Origin: Paramecium tetraurelia
Taxonomy: Eukaryota
Assembly (NCBI GenBank): GCA_000165425.1
Contig: CT868051.1
Location: 124,001-188,000, forward strand
DNA: 64,000 nucleotides
Direction: 5' to 3'
Positions 26,059 through 39,900 of the stretch are shown here, piece after piece. Below the pieces are notes generated by a model, which had not been told where the DNA came from, did not search any database, and saw only the letters and a program-made list of their open reading frames with translations. Position 1 is the stretch's first letter, and each line of letters begins with the position of its first letter. The translations under genes were made by a program, and so were the position numbers.

Positions 26059-26881
26059 ATATTTTACTGTATTTTAACTTTATACAGGGAATAGTGACAT
26101 TTTATTTTTGTAGACTTTGCTTTTTGAATTAAAATAGTAGCTCATATCACATTTTATTACGTCTAACTGAAAAAAATTATTAAATTAGAATGTTGATTGG
26201 GTAATTCCAATAAATTTCATAAAATCATTACCCGAACCTAATCAAGCAAATTTTACTAAGAGAACATAGATGTTTGGTGAGTGCTAATTCTAGAAACAGA
26301 CCAGAATTACACTCTTCATACTGATGAAACCCGCTCCTTCCGCTCATAGCTTATAAAATTTAGCTACTCAAGTAAGAAGAAAAATAGATAGTATCAAATT
26401 CTATTATAAAAAAAAATTTATATTCAATCTCGGAATTAAGATAAAATATTTTTATCTCTCAGCTTTTTTATAATTGTTATTTTTGAACCAATTCCACCTA
26501 AATTCAAAATAACACTAACTAAATTAATATAAGAAAACCTTACGATTATTGAGTCAAAAAATTTTAAGGATAAATTTCACTTTGGAGAAGGCAAATAATC
26601 TAAAGATTTGAAAAAATTAAAGATAGACCTAATCATTATTTTTTTCAGCACAGATTTAGTTAATGATTAAATAAATTCTTCCTTAAGTATCAATAGAATC
26701 TTTATACTTCATTCTAAACTAATTCTGGTTAGCTTAAAATTAGCCAAACTCTTAATATTTTTATATAATAACTAAAACCAAATAAAATTCTAAATTTAAT
26801 GTTTCTTAGATTTATTTATTGAAACAATCATTTATTTATTTCATTAATAATTTTTCCCTATATATAATATGAAAATAAAAA

Positions 26882-29800
26882 TCATGCCATTAATCCTAAA
26901 AGGCCGAATGAAATAACTGACAAGATGTAAGCACTGTTGTCGGTAGTAGTTCCATTATCTGTTCCATTATTAGTACCATTTGAATTATTAGGAGTGACGG
27001 ATCCTGCAATACAACTTTTCGCATTTATTAGTAACGGCATTCCAACTATAAGTGTAAGCTGATTTAGTGTAGCAAATCTTGGAATCGGTCATGGTTCCTG
27101 GATCAGCAGCAGCGCATTTTCCGCTTTAAAGAACACAAATAGTAGATGAGGATCCATCAAAACTTGGAATTGGCTGACAATCAGTTCCTGTGGCAAAGGT
27201 ATCACAGGTGTGATTAGCACAAGATGTTCCTGTTGAGTTTTCAGTCCATTTACATGTTGGGTTGGTTGTGCAAGCTAATTTGTCTTTGGTAGCATCAGCA
27301 CATGTTGTAAAGGTTTTGCATGTTCCATTAACTTTATCAGTTCCAGTAGGAGTGAAAGCACAAACTGTTGATTTATTGTTTTCTAAACCACCTCCGTTAC
27401 AAGATGTAATGGTCTTGTAAGCTGAGCAAGCAGCCTTTGCAATGCAACTTGTTCCATTAGATACACATGCCTTTCCTGTAATAACACCCATACAATTAGC
27501 ATTTGATGTTCCTCCAGTGATATCTTCGCATTGCTTTTATCGGCAAGTCTTTGTTCCTGTAGTAGCTCCAACTGGTAATGCGAAAATGCATTCTCCGTCG
27601 GTTCCGTAGAAGCATCCAGCTTCAACATAGCTTGAGCAAGCAGCCAATGGGATACATTTGGTTCCATCAGTTGTGCATGATCCTCCAGTTACTGAGATAA
27701 GTTTGCATTAGTCATTTGTACCCTTTTATTCATCTCCACATTCCTTCAACTTACAAGTATTAGCAGTGGCATTCCAATAGCAGATACCATCAGTTCCAAG
27801 GTTATTACAAGCTGTTTATGTCTTGTAAGTAGCACAAGCTGCTTTAGCAATACAGGCAGTTCCATCAGTAATACAGGTTGGTCCATATGAGAGACATTCA
27901 TCATTGGTGGCAGCAACGGCATCTGTACATTATCCGAACTTCTAGCATTTTCCAGTTGGTAACCATCCGCAAGCTCCGTCAGTTCCGACGACACATGAGG
28001 CCTTCAATGTTGTACTGGCACAGTTGGTAATTGGAATACAAGTGTCTCCATTGGTTGTGCACAATGGTGAGAAACCTTAGCATTCTGGGTGTGTCTTCTT
28101 GATAGCATCTTCACATCTGTCGTAATCATAGCATGATCCATTAACCCAAAGGCATGGTCCATAGTTGGATTTAATACAGAATTATTTATTAGAAAATTCA
28201 GTACATGAGGCTCCAGCAACACAACTTGATCCATTGGTCTTGCAACCAGCAAGGAAAGTGTTACATTCATCATCTGTTAAACCGTTCTTGTCGCCGCAAA
28301 CTCTAGATCTGCATTTATTTGTTGCAGTATCCCAACCACATCTTCCTACTCCGTCCTTGGTAGTTGAGGCAGCAATACATATTGATTAAGTCTTGTATGA
28401 TGCACATGTTGCAATGGTCAAACAACCAGCTCCAGATGTAGTACAATTATCAGCAAAGCTTTAACATTATGCATGAGAAGCAATTGTTGCTGGTTAATCT
28501 TCACAAGTTTAAGCTCTGCATGTTGAGTTAGATTCGGTCCAAGCACAGAATTTACCATTGACTTTAGAATTAGTACATTATGAGTAACTGGTGTTACTAT
28601 ACGTAGCCTGAGGTGGTACCAGAAGCTGTACATTAATTAGCCCATGTGCATTCTGCTCTTAATTTACAAGCAGCTTATGATGTCAAGTTACTGCAGTTCT
28701 TAGTAGCTGTGCATCCATAACCAGTTGTATAACAATCCTTATGGTATTTCTAACAATCAGTATCTGTTGCAAGTGTATTTGGTGCTTCTGTACATACTCT
28801 CTTAGCGCATGCTCCTTTGATTGTTCCAACTGTAGTAGCTTTGCATGGACCATCTTTAGCCAAATATGTTGGGCATGTTTCTTCAGTTCCATTGAAGGTA
28901 CTGCAATTCTTTCCATAATCAATGCAACCAGTTCCATCAAAGACACAGAAAGGATCATCTGTAGTCTTGAATGGTGGCATACCATCACTACAATCCTTAT
29001 TGTTTTTACCAGCAATATCACTGCATTTCTTCTTTGCACAAGTAGCTGTAGCTAATGCGGTTGAAGTGTTCCAACAATAATCTTTTCCTGAACTTCCCAT
29101 GAATTTAGCGCATGTAGCTTAATCTCCTTTGAATCCAGTGCATGATGATGTTGCATCTATACATCCAGTACCCTTTGTAATACATCCTTTCAGATAAGCA
29201 GCACATTCGGTATCTGATGTGGCTGTAGTGTTATCAGCACAAGTTCTAACTTTACATTTTGAAGTAGCTGTATTAGTAGCATCACCAGAACAATATTCAT
29301 AAATTGGATTTTTATTAGCATCTAATCCAGTGTATTTTTTGAATTATTCGCATTACTATTTAGTTCCTCTGTATGATGTGCATGGTTCATTATTTGGAAT
29401 ACATCCTGTTCCACGTGTAACACATCCACTCAAATAAGAATCACATTCAGAATCAGATGTTGCTGTAACATTATCATAGCATTTTTTGTTTGTGCATGCC
29501 CCTGCAGCTGTTGGAGTAGCTGGTGCTAAAGGTTTGCATTTGTCTTTTGTTGTTGAATCTAATATGAGATTGCAAAAATCTGCAGATCCATTAATTGTAT
29601 TACAAAGAGTAGTTGAAGAAACGCATATTTAACCATTAGTCTTGCAAGATTTGAGGTAACTTTAACAATCAAAGTCTGTATAGAATTATTTATCACCACA
29701 TGCTCTGTCTTTACACTTTTTGGTTCCAGAGTCCCAAGCACATAAATCTCCTGAGGAGTTCAAAACTCCTTCACACCATGCTTATTAGGCAGTATCGTCG

Positions 29801-32800
29801 GCACCTTATGGTGCATAATTTGCACAAGTATCTTTAGTAATGCATTTATTTGAATAATAGAGACAGCCTGATGCATTATTTGCACAATCTGTAGCACTGG
29901 CATCATTATCAGTGCATATCTAGGCCTTACATTTTTTATCAGTATCCTTTATGCATGGATATTTAGAAATCGATTTAACTGCTTTGCATTGTGTTTCTTC
30001 TGAACCAGCTGTAGGTCCTTTTTCTGCTGTAGTTGACCCATCATATGATGCACATGTATCCAATTTAACACAATTGTTTCCTCCAATATATGTACATGCA
30101 TTTCCACTTGCATCAGTTAATGTTGCACAAATGGTCGCTTAATTTGTTGAGACACTATAAAGGTGACAATCTTGTTCAATAGCGCATGATGTTCCTGAAA
30201 TATAAGTACATGATGTTGCTGCACTCACTTAATCACAATAAACCTTTTCATTTCCAACTTATGCTGTGATTGCTGTACAGGCTGGTGTTTTATTATAGCA
30301 TGTTCCTAAAAGATAAACACATGTTTTTCCTGGTGCTCCTAAATCGCAATCTACCTAAGATGTTGCGCCTGTAATATCTTAACAATCAAAGTCTCTACAC
30401 TTAGTATCAGCAGCTGTGAATGCACATCTTTTTCCGCTTACATCAACTTTGCTTAAACAATAAGTTGGCTTATCAGCATCAGCAGTTGGCAATGCTGTAT
30501 AAGAAGTACATGCAGCAGCATCAACACATTGAGCTGGGGGAGTTCCATTATATTGATCATATGTGCAGTAGATAGATTTATCTGATTTGTAAAATGATTA
30601 GCAATATACTAATTTTTAAGCTGCAGTCAATCCGCTATCTATAGGAACTTTGCCATTATCAGCACAATCACCAGCGGCTGCAACTCCTGTTCCTGGTGTA
30701 TAGCATTTATTATTAGAGTAAATACATCCAGATAAGTAATTATCACAATCTCCTTAACTAGTTGGCGATGGAATGTCAGCACATGTTGCATCGCTGCAGA
30801 GTGTTGTTGAAGTTCCAGATGTATATTTGCATAGTTTTGCTCTATCTTTTTATGATTAGGCTAAACAATATGCATTTTTAAAAGCATCTGTGGTTGGGTC
30901 GCTTTATGTATCCCAAGTTCCAGTTGTTGGAATTGTTATAGCACCACAAGTTGCATTGGTTGCAAGAACGCATGATGATTTATCAGATTTAAGACTACAA
31001 TAATCGGAGGCTTCTTTGATACTTCTACAATAAAGTGACTTTTAACTATCCGTTGTAACTCCACTTGGGAAAGTTGTAGGACAATTACCAGCTGTAACAG
31101 CGGCGTAACATTTACCACTAAAATAAAGGCATCCTGTTTTATAAGCCTCACATTCTCCTATGTTTGAAGCAGAATAAATATCTGAACAAGCAGCAATGGC
31201 ATCACATGCAGCACCTGTCTTATACACACATTTAGTATAAGCTCCAGTTCCTGTAGTTATTTTATTCAAAGCATCAATAGCCTTCAATCCCCAACATAAT
31301 TCTTATTTTTTTGTAGTAGTCAAAGTAGAATCAAGTTTATAGTCTGTGCAGAGTGTTGATAAAGTTAAACAAGTTGAATCTGTAACTTTTTAACATTTTC
31401 CATCCGAATCGAAAATAGATTGATCATTACATGTTCTTGTATCTGTTTATGTGATTAATTTTTCGCAAGTATCTTATAAACTACATTTAGTATCACCTGT
31501 TTTAAATGTACATGTAAGGCCTTTATCATTTACATATTTCTTGCATTAAGTTAGTTTAAGTGCATCAGTTGTATCTGTAGAAGCATAACTGTAATCGCAA
31601 TTTGCCTTATCAGGTAAATAACAAATGGTTCCTGCTAATTTACATGTTGCATCTGTTGAAATAGAAACATTCTTTTATAAATAAGTAACGCATGTTAATG
31701 AAGTAGTAAATGTGCTCAAGAACTAGTCACAAGTTCTAGATGCACACTTTGTTCCTGAGGACCAACCACAAAGTAACCCAGCATTATCTTTGATGCTTGT
31801 ACAATAATCAAACTTTTGTTAATCAGTTGTGGCTGTATCAGGGGTATTGTAATTACTACAAATACTTGCATCAATGCAGGCAGCTCCAGCCTTTAAAAAT
31901 CTACAAGTTGATTTATAGTCTGTGCAATCTGAGGCTTACTAAGGACTTGTTTTGTCTGCACAAGCTCTATCTGCACAGGCATCATATCTTGTACACCCAA
32001 CTTTTGTCCAATCTGTTGAAACTTACAAACCACCGCTAACAGTAGGGCAAGTAGCAACAGTTCCTTATTATGCAGAACAGCTTCTTGCAGATCTAGCAGC
32101 ACAACCTCCTTCAGATTTTGCTATACATCCAGGCATGAAAGCCTCACAATCCTCGTCCTTTGTGGCTGTTGTATTATCTGTACAAGCTCTAGTGGTGCAA
32201 GCACCTGATGTAGATGTTCCAAAGCAATATTTTGAACTATTATTTCCTACAATTGCAGACTCACAGAATGCAGCAACACCAGTGTAACTTCCACAAGTTG
32301 TGTCACCAGCCTTAGGATCGACACAACCTAAGATTACCATTATAGACACATCCATCTAAAAATGATCCACATGAACCATCAGTTTAGTTTTCAGCCAATT
32401 TGCATGTTTTAACTTTGCAGAAATCACTCTCAGTCGCACTTGCACTATTGTAGCATTATTATGTTGTAAAGTTGGTGCTTGATCCACTCTTGTAAGCAAA
32501 AAGCTTGTTACAAGTATCTTAAGTTCCTTTCATTGATGTGCATGGAGTATTGTAATCAACACAACCTTTTCCGTTACTAATACATCCAGGTAAGAAAGTA
32601 GCGCATGTAGCATTATCTGTTGCATCGGTGTTGTCTGTACATTTTCTGGACACACAAGGAGTTGTGTCTGTAGCTGAAGCGACATTGGTACAATATCCTG
32701 GATAACTCAAACATGTAGATTATGTTCCAAAAAGTTTGGCACAGTCATATTTGGTAATGCAAGCATCAACTCTATTACTAATACATGTTGGAAGTTCTGC

Positions 32801-34510
32801 TGCACAATTTGCATCAGTGTTGTAATAAGCTCCAGTTAAATCTGAACAAGCCAAATCTTTGCAAGCATTATTCAACCAACCACATTTTCCTGTTACATAA
32901 ATGTATTTTGGATTTCCTGAATCATCTACTCCATCTTGTGTTCTAATTCTGGCTTAATTTGCTAAGCAAATTGATTTTTTCTTAAAATCACTACATTATG
33001 TCATTACTAGTACATATTGGTTACCATGAGCAATTATTTGTACCTTCACAACTTTATTATTTAACAGTTAAATCACATGTAGTTTATGAAACACATCCAG
33101 ATCCAGTTGTAACCACAATTAGTGAAATAATTGGCACAAAGTGGGTTAGTATTGACATTACTTGCTGCAGAAGCACAATCTCTAGCAACACATTTGGTTC
33201 CACTCTTCCATGTACATTTTCCTTCAGTTCCTACTCTAGATTAGCAACTTGTGGTATCTCCATCATAAGTAGTACAAGATTTCAAATTAGCCTTTGTAAC
33301 GCATCCTTTTCCTGTAGTAACACATCCAACTTAATATTTGGCACAAGCATCATCTGTTGTAGTTGTATCTGGAGCTTCGTCACAAACCTTTGGTGCGCAA
33401 GCAGCTTCAGTAGTTGTACTTGTTCCTTTACAATATCCATCGGTACCAATATAAACGGCACAAGTGGTGGCAGTTCCTTTATATGTATTACAAGCTGATA
33501 ATGCAGATACACAAGTTTTTCCATTTGTCTTACAACTGCTTTAATATTATTTGCAAAGATCATCAGTATTGAATGCTCCATTTTCGCATTTTCTGGCTCG
33601 ACATTTAGAACCTCCAGCATCACCTTCACAAACTCCATCTGATCCAATATATCCAACACAAGTAGTGTTATCACCAGAATAGGTTGAACATAAGGGTTTT
33701 GTTGTTGCCAAAACACAACCTTTTCCTGTTGTTATGCATCCTTTTTAATAGGCCTTACAGTCATCATCAGAAGCTAAAGATGTTGGTGCATTTGCACATT
33801 CCTTTGCCTTACAGTTAGTTGTTCCGGTTGCTAATTCACAATTTCCATCTGATCCAATGAATGATTAACAAGCAGCATCATCTCCAGTAGTATGTAGCAC
33901 ATGCAGGTCTTGGAGCATTAACGCAACCTTAACCTTTTGTGACACAACCAGCTAACCAGCTTGAACATTTGGCATCTGTATTTAAGGTAGTATCAGCTTC
34001 TGAGCAAGCATAATCTCTGCAAGCTCCAGCTGTTGTATCCCATTTACATTTCAAAATACCTGAGATACTTGGAGTAGACTCACATTATTATTATGTGTAA
34101 GCCTTACACTCCTTAGCCTCAATACATGAATTTCCATCACTAACACAAAAATAGGATATAGCTTAGCAATCTGTTGTTGTAGTTTTAACATATGCTGGAC
34201 ATCCTGTAAAATGCGTACATTTGGAGTCAACATAGGCACATCCAAAGGTTTTAGCACAGTTTGTTTCTGGCTTATCGACAAGCTCGCAAAAAGGTTTGAA
34301 TGAAGCAACTGGATCGACTGTTGTTTTTTTTTAGCATTTTGCTGCTGTTGTTCCTGATGCAGCTACCCATTCACAAGCTCCTGTAACAGTAATTTCTTAT
34401 TCACAATCATTTTGTGATTTTAGTTATCCACAATCATTACATCTATTTGTATATTGAACTTGCTATGCTAAGACCATAGCAACTAAGCAAATGAGAATTA
34501 AATTCTTCAT
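26882..34510 (-). CDS. Surface (immobilisation) antigen gene 1, D-type-like, ~2540 aa after correcting 6 single-base insertions
   Basis: Signal peptide MKNLILICLVAMVLAQ; Cys-periodic, Thr/Ala/Gly-rich repeats throughout; GPI-type C-terminus SAYILSVISFGLLGLMA-TGA; no intron seen; no central near-perfect tandem repeats. Confidence 0.93.
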
Positions 34511-35155
34511 TAAAAGTATTAAGATAACATTTATAAATTAAGCGAGTTAAATTGCTCCGTAAATGTTAATTATTTTCCTTTTATTAATGATGTAAGATTA
34601 TTTTTATATTATATTTTTCAGATTTTGATTTTTAAGATAATCATGCAAAATTTTTAATATAATTTAATTTTCTTATATTTTGGGGTTGGCAGATGTGGCC
34701 TAGACAAATTAGTCAACTTGGTCAAAAAAAATCAATTTTATATATAAATATTCAATACAACTTATATTAAGTTATTTCTAATGGTTTAAAGAGATAAGTA
34801 AGGCATAACAAACCTAGTAATTTACCCAAAGATGGAAGCCTTTTATATATATATTATAGCATTTTAAATATAGTTGCTATATATGATTTATATGAGATTC
34901 TAGAAAGCAGAATTAATTATAGAAGCAACCTAATTAACTATGATGGGAAAAAATTTAGAATTATTATTTCCTCTCTTCCTTACATTTCAAGAGATTATCT
35001 TATGTTGTTGACTAAATGAGTTTAAAATTCAAAAAAAATGAATAAATAAGAGGTTTGAATGGTTATAAATATAATAAAATATTGAATATTTTCTGCAAAA
35101 TTCCAATAGATGTATTATTACTAATGTATAAAACAGACTTGTAGGAGTAATTTAA

Positions 35156-35850
35156 ATGAAAGTGTTTCTAAAAATACTAAATAATTTTGTCTTTCCACCA
35201 TCTTGTTTAATGATGATTGTAAAGACTTTCCTTAAAAATGAAAATGATGCATCTATATTTTTAGATATTGAGTTTGGAGTTGATTGTGTGAATTATTATA
35301 GTGTCGGCAACCTAAGAAATCAAAAAAGGAAGTTAACAAATATTTTTATATATTTCGAAATTCTTAATTATTCGTGTTAAGCAAAAAAAGATACATTTGA
35401 GATGTACTGCCTAATGTTGTTTTAACAAGTAAGGAAAGCCAAAAAATATCATAATGAATAATTAAGATCAAAACAATACTAAAAAGATGATGATTCAATA
35501 AATCATTATATAGACATCTCTATAAAGAAATTGTACCTTAAAATTACTAATTGAGAATAAATTGAGTTATACTAATTTTCAACTCCAATTTTGAATAATA
35601 AATGCTTGAAATGCTTTTTCAAACTAATCTGAATTATTTTCTAGAATGTTTACAAAATATGAAGAAATTAAATAAATATAAAAATTGATATGAATTATTA
35701 TTATTAAGAGTGAAGAATAAAGAGTCTTAACTAAAAGTAGATTAAGTGGCTTAGAATGAACAAGATACACTAAAATCTTTATAAATCTATGTATTGAAGA
35801 AAAAGTGAAAGAAAGTTATTAATCAAGATCATTTACAGTGAAATAATGAG
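35156..35850 (+). pseudogene. Possible decayed gene fragment between the two antigen genes
   Basis: Coding-like purine-rich stretches interrupted by TGAs and frameshifts. Confidence 0.25.
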
Positions 35851-36981
35851 TGATTAATTAAATAATTACAATATTATTCAAAATAATATAAAAAATTCTC
35901 TATTCCACTTTTTTTGGAGTAAAAATGATTGATTAAGAAACTTCTAGAATATATATAAATTAAGAAATTTCAAATGAATTTCGTTTGATCTCTAAAGTAA
36001 CTCACACATTCGGGTATTTGGAGTGTTTTCTTTTCATTGAAATTTGATAAGCTTATGATTTGCTGAGTTATAATAAAGAAATTATTATATGAGAAACAAT
36101 ATCTTATCTGCTTTAATCCAACTCGTTTTACAAATAAAATGTAAAATAAAAAAACAAATATCCACAGTTTAATCCAACCAACAAAATTTCATATTTTAGA
36201 CCTTTTTGAGAGTATGAGAAGGTGTCTTTTTTTCTATATTTTTTTACTTCATTTTGTTCTTTTTTTTTCCAATTAACAATCTCTCTCATTTATACTATAT
36301 ATTGTTACAAACAAAGAATAAACAAGATCATTATGGACTTATTATTTTTGAATCCAAAGCAAATAAAAATAGTTCATCTATTAATATCTCTAAGGTATTT
36401 GTATTAAATTTATGTTATATAAATATTATTATCTAAATATATATATATATTAAAATAAAAATATTAATAAATTACATTTTATTGTTTACCAATTAATAAC
36501 ATTCGGAAAATAGAATAGTAATTAGCATATTAAAGTTATGTAATCATTCTAAATTCGCATATAAAAATCCTATTAAAACATCTTAAACATAAAAAAATAC
36601 AATAATATAAATAATTCTCTCCCTAGTGTCGAGAGTGATAAGTTAATAAAGCCTTAGATAAAGGATTAAATAATTAAAGAATTAATCAATCCTTTAATTG
36701 AATGCATCTATGTATTTGTTTTGATGTAAATAGAAATTTCTGGATAGAAAAAATATGTTTCATAAGTTTTGTAAATATTCATGGAATGTATTGAAGTCTA
36801 ATCGAAAATATCAAATAGAATTGAAAATAAAAGAATTATAGATATAAAAATTAATTCAACCAAATAGCATTAAGAATCAATGTGAACAATTTAACTTCAC
36901 ATAAATTTATTCAACCAGTATGAGATTTGATACAAAATAAATTACATGATATGAATTGAAAATACATATTATAAATGATCA

Positions 36982-39900
36982 TCAAAAAAACATTAATAAC
37001 ACCCATAGACAAAGCTATAAGAGGAACATATAATTTACAGAATTGGTCGTTTAAGGTGTATCAGGGTTCTTTACTTAGCTACAACTTTCACATTTACTGG
37101 TTTATATATTCCAAGTGTGTGAATGCTATGATTTAGAGTAACATATTCTTGGGTCTGTAATTTCAATTGGATCACTAGAAACACATTTTCCATCTTACAT
37201 AAAACAAACCATTTATGAATTGCCATCAAAGGTTGGAATATTAAGACACCCTGCATCTGTGGCATAGGTCTCACAAGTATGATTAACACAAGTTGCTCCT
37301 GTTGAATCTTCAATCCAAAGACATGATGGAATTATTGTACAAGCATATTTGTCTTTAGTAGCATCGGCACATGCGGTGAAGGTCTTGCATGTTCCATTAA
37401 CTTTATCAGTTCCAGTAGGAGTGAAAGCACAAACAGTTGATTTATTGTTTTCTAAACCACCTCCGTTACAAGAATGTAATGGTCTTATAAGTTGAGCAAG
37501 CAGCTTTGGCAATGCAACTTGTTCCGTTGGAAACACAATACTTTCCTGCAATAATACCTATACAATTATCATTTGATGTTCCTCCAGTGATATCTTCACA
37601 TTGCATTTACCTGCATCTCTTTGTTCCTGTAGTAGCTCCAACTGGTAATGCGAAAGTACATTCTCCTTCGGTTCCGTAGAAACATCCAGCTTCAACATAG
37701 CTTGAGCAAATTGACAATGGGATACATTTGGTTCCATCAGTTGTGCATGATCCTCCAGTTATTGAGATAAGTTTGCATTAGTCGTTTGTACCCTTTTATT
37801 CATCTCCACATTCCTTCAACTTACAAGTATTAGCAGTGGCATTCCAATAGCAGATACCATCAGTTCCAAGGTTATTACAAGCTGTTTATGTCTTGTAAAT
37901 AGCACAAGCTGCTTTAGCAATACAGGCAGTTCCATCAGTAATACAGGTTGGTCCATATGAGAGACATTCATCGTTGGTAGCAGCAACGGCATCAGTACAT
38001 TATCCAAACTTCTAGCATTTTCCAGTTGGTAACCATCCACAAGCTCCATCAGTTCCGACGACACATGAGGCCTTCAATAATGTGCTTGTACAATTAGTAA
38101 TTGGAATACATGTCTCTCCATTAGTTGTACATTTTGGTGAAAATGCTTAACACTAAAGATGTGTCTTTTTACCTGCATCTTCACATCTTTTATAATCATA
38201 ACATTAACCATTGATCCAAAGACATGGTCCCTTTTTGGATGAAATACAAAACATTAAATTCGTGAATTCAGTGCATGAAAGTCCAAGGACACACTTTTAT
38301 TCATTTAATTTACAACCTTCTCCGAATGCTTCACATTCAGCATTAATTTATGCAGATATATCACTACATACTTGACTTCTACAAGATTTTAGTACACTAT
38401 CCCAAATGCATCTTTTTACACCATCTTTACTGTATGAAGCAGCATTACAAATAGATCTCTTCATATATGCAGTGCATGTAGAAATAGTTATACAACCAGC
38501 TCCTGTTGTCGTACAATTATCTGAAAAATTCTAACAATGAGAGTGAGAATCATAAGTAACTGGTTAATCTTCACAAGTTTGAGATCTACAAGTTGAATCT
38601 TGTTCATTCCAAAGACAGAACTTACCATTTACTTTAGAATTAGCACATTATGAGTAACTTGTAGAATTCAAAGCCTCACATTTTATTATTTAAGCAGTGC
38701 AATATTTAACCCATGAGCATTCAGGTTTTACTTAACATTAATACTTATTAATTATATTACTACATTAATTATTAGTTGCACATCCATAACCAGTTGTATA
38801 ACAATCCTTATGGTATTTCTAACAATCAGTATCTGTTGCAAGTGTATTTGGTGCTTCTGTACATACTCTCTTAGCGCATGCTCCTTTGATTGTTCCAACT
38901 GTAGTAGCTTTGCATGGACCATCTTTAGCCAAATATGTTGGGCATGTTTCTTCAGTTCCATTGAAGGTACTGCAATTCTTTCCATAATCAATGCAACCAG
39001 TTCCATCAAAGACACAGAAGGTGTCATCTGTAGTCTTGAATGGTGGCATACCATCACTACATTCCTTATTATTTTTACCAGCGATATCACTGCATATCTT
39101 CTTTGCACAAGTAGCTGTAGCTAATGCGGTTGAAGCGTTCCAGCAATAATCTTTTCCTGAACTTCCTAAAAATTTAGCACAAATGGCTTAATCTCCTTAA
39201 AAACCACTACATGATGATGTTGCATCAATACATCCAGTACCCTTTGTAATACATCCTTTCAAATAAGCAGCACAATCGGTATCTGATGTGGCTGTAGTGT
39301 TATCAGCACAAGTTCTTACTTTACATTTTGAAGTAGCTGTATTAGTAGCATCACCAGAACAATATTCATAAATTGGATTTTTATTAGCATCTAATCCAGT
39401 GTACTTTTTGAATTATTCACATAACTATTTAGTTCCTCTATAGGATGTGCATGGTTCTGAATTTGGAATACATCCTGTTCCACGTGTAACACATCCACTC
39501 AAATAAGAATCGCATTCAGAATCAGATGTTGCTGTAACATTATCATAACAATTTTTGTTTATGCATGCTTATTATAAACTAGTAGCTGCTGATATTCTGC
39601 ATCTATCTTTTCCTGTTGAATCTAATAAAGATTTGCAAAATTCTGAAGAGCCTTTATTTAAATTGCAATTAGCTGAAGAGTCAACACAGGTAGTACCATT
39701 TGTCTTGCAAGTTTTGATGTAACTTCGACAATCAAAGTTGGTCTAAAATGACTTATCGCTGCAAATTCTGTCTTTACACTTTTTACTCTCAGAGTGCCAA
39801 GCACATAAATCTCCTGAGGAGTTCAAAACCCCTTCACACCAAGTTTATTAAGTTGCATCATCAGCACCTTATGGTATATAACTTGCGCAAACACCTATAA

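Noticed and set aside
32998..33498. Long plus-strand and off-frame ORFs over the antigen genes (e.g. 32998-33498, 28741-29055, 43343-43825)
   Set aside because: Shadow ORFs produced by the Cys/Thr/Ala codon bias of the real minus-strand frame; no independent protein features.
33880..33900. Programmed +1 ribosomal frameshifting as the explanation for the antigen frameshifts
   Set aside because: The sites share no slippery motif and are not conserved between the two paralogues; the AAA-TAR frameshifting of Euplotes does not apply where TAR encodes Gln.
26882..34510. Naming gene 1 as a specific serotype gene such as alpha-51D
   Set aside because: Size, lack of central repeats and linkage fit the D subfamily, but the exact isogene cannot be assigned without a database alignment.
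34529..34535. TATAAAT box upstream of antigen gene 1
   Set aside because: Too frequent by chance in such AT-rich DNA to support a promoter call.
34677..34690. TTTTGGGGTTGG resembling a telomeric repeat
   Set aside because: Fewer than two full units; not an array.
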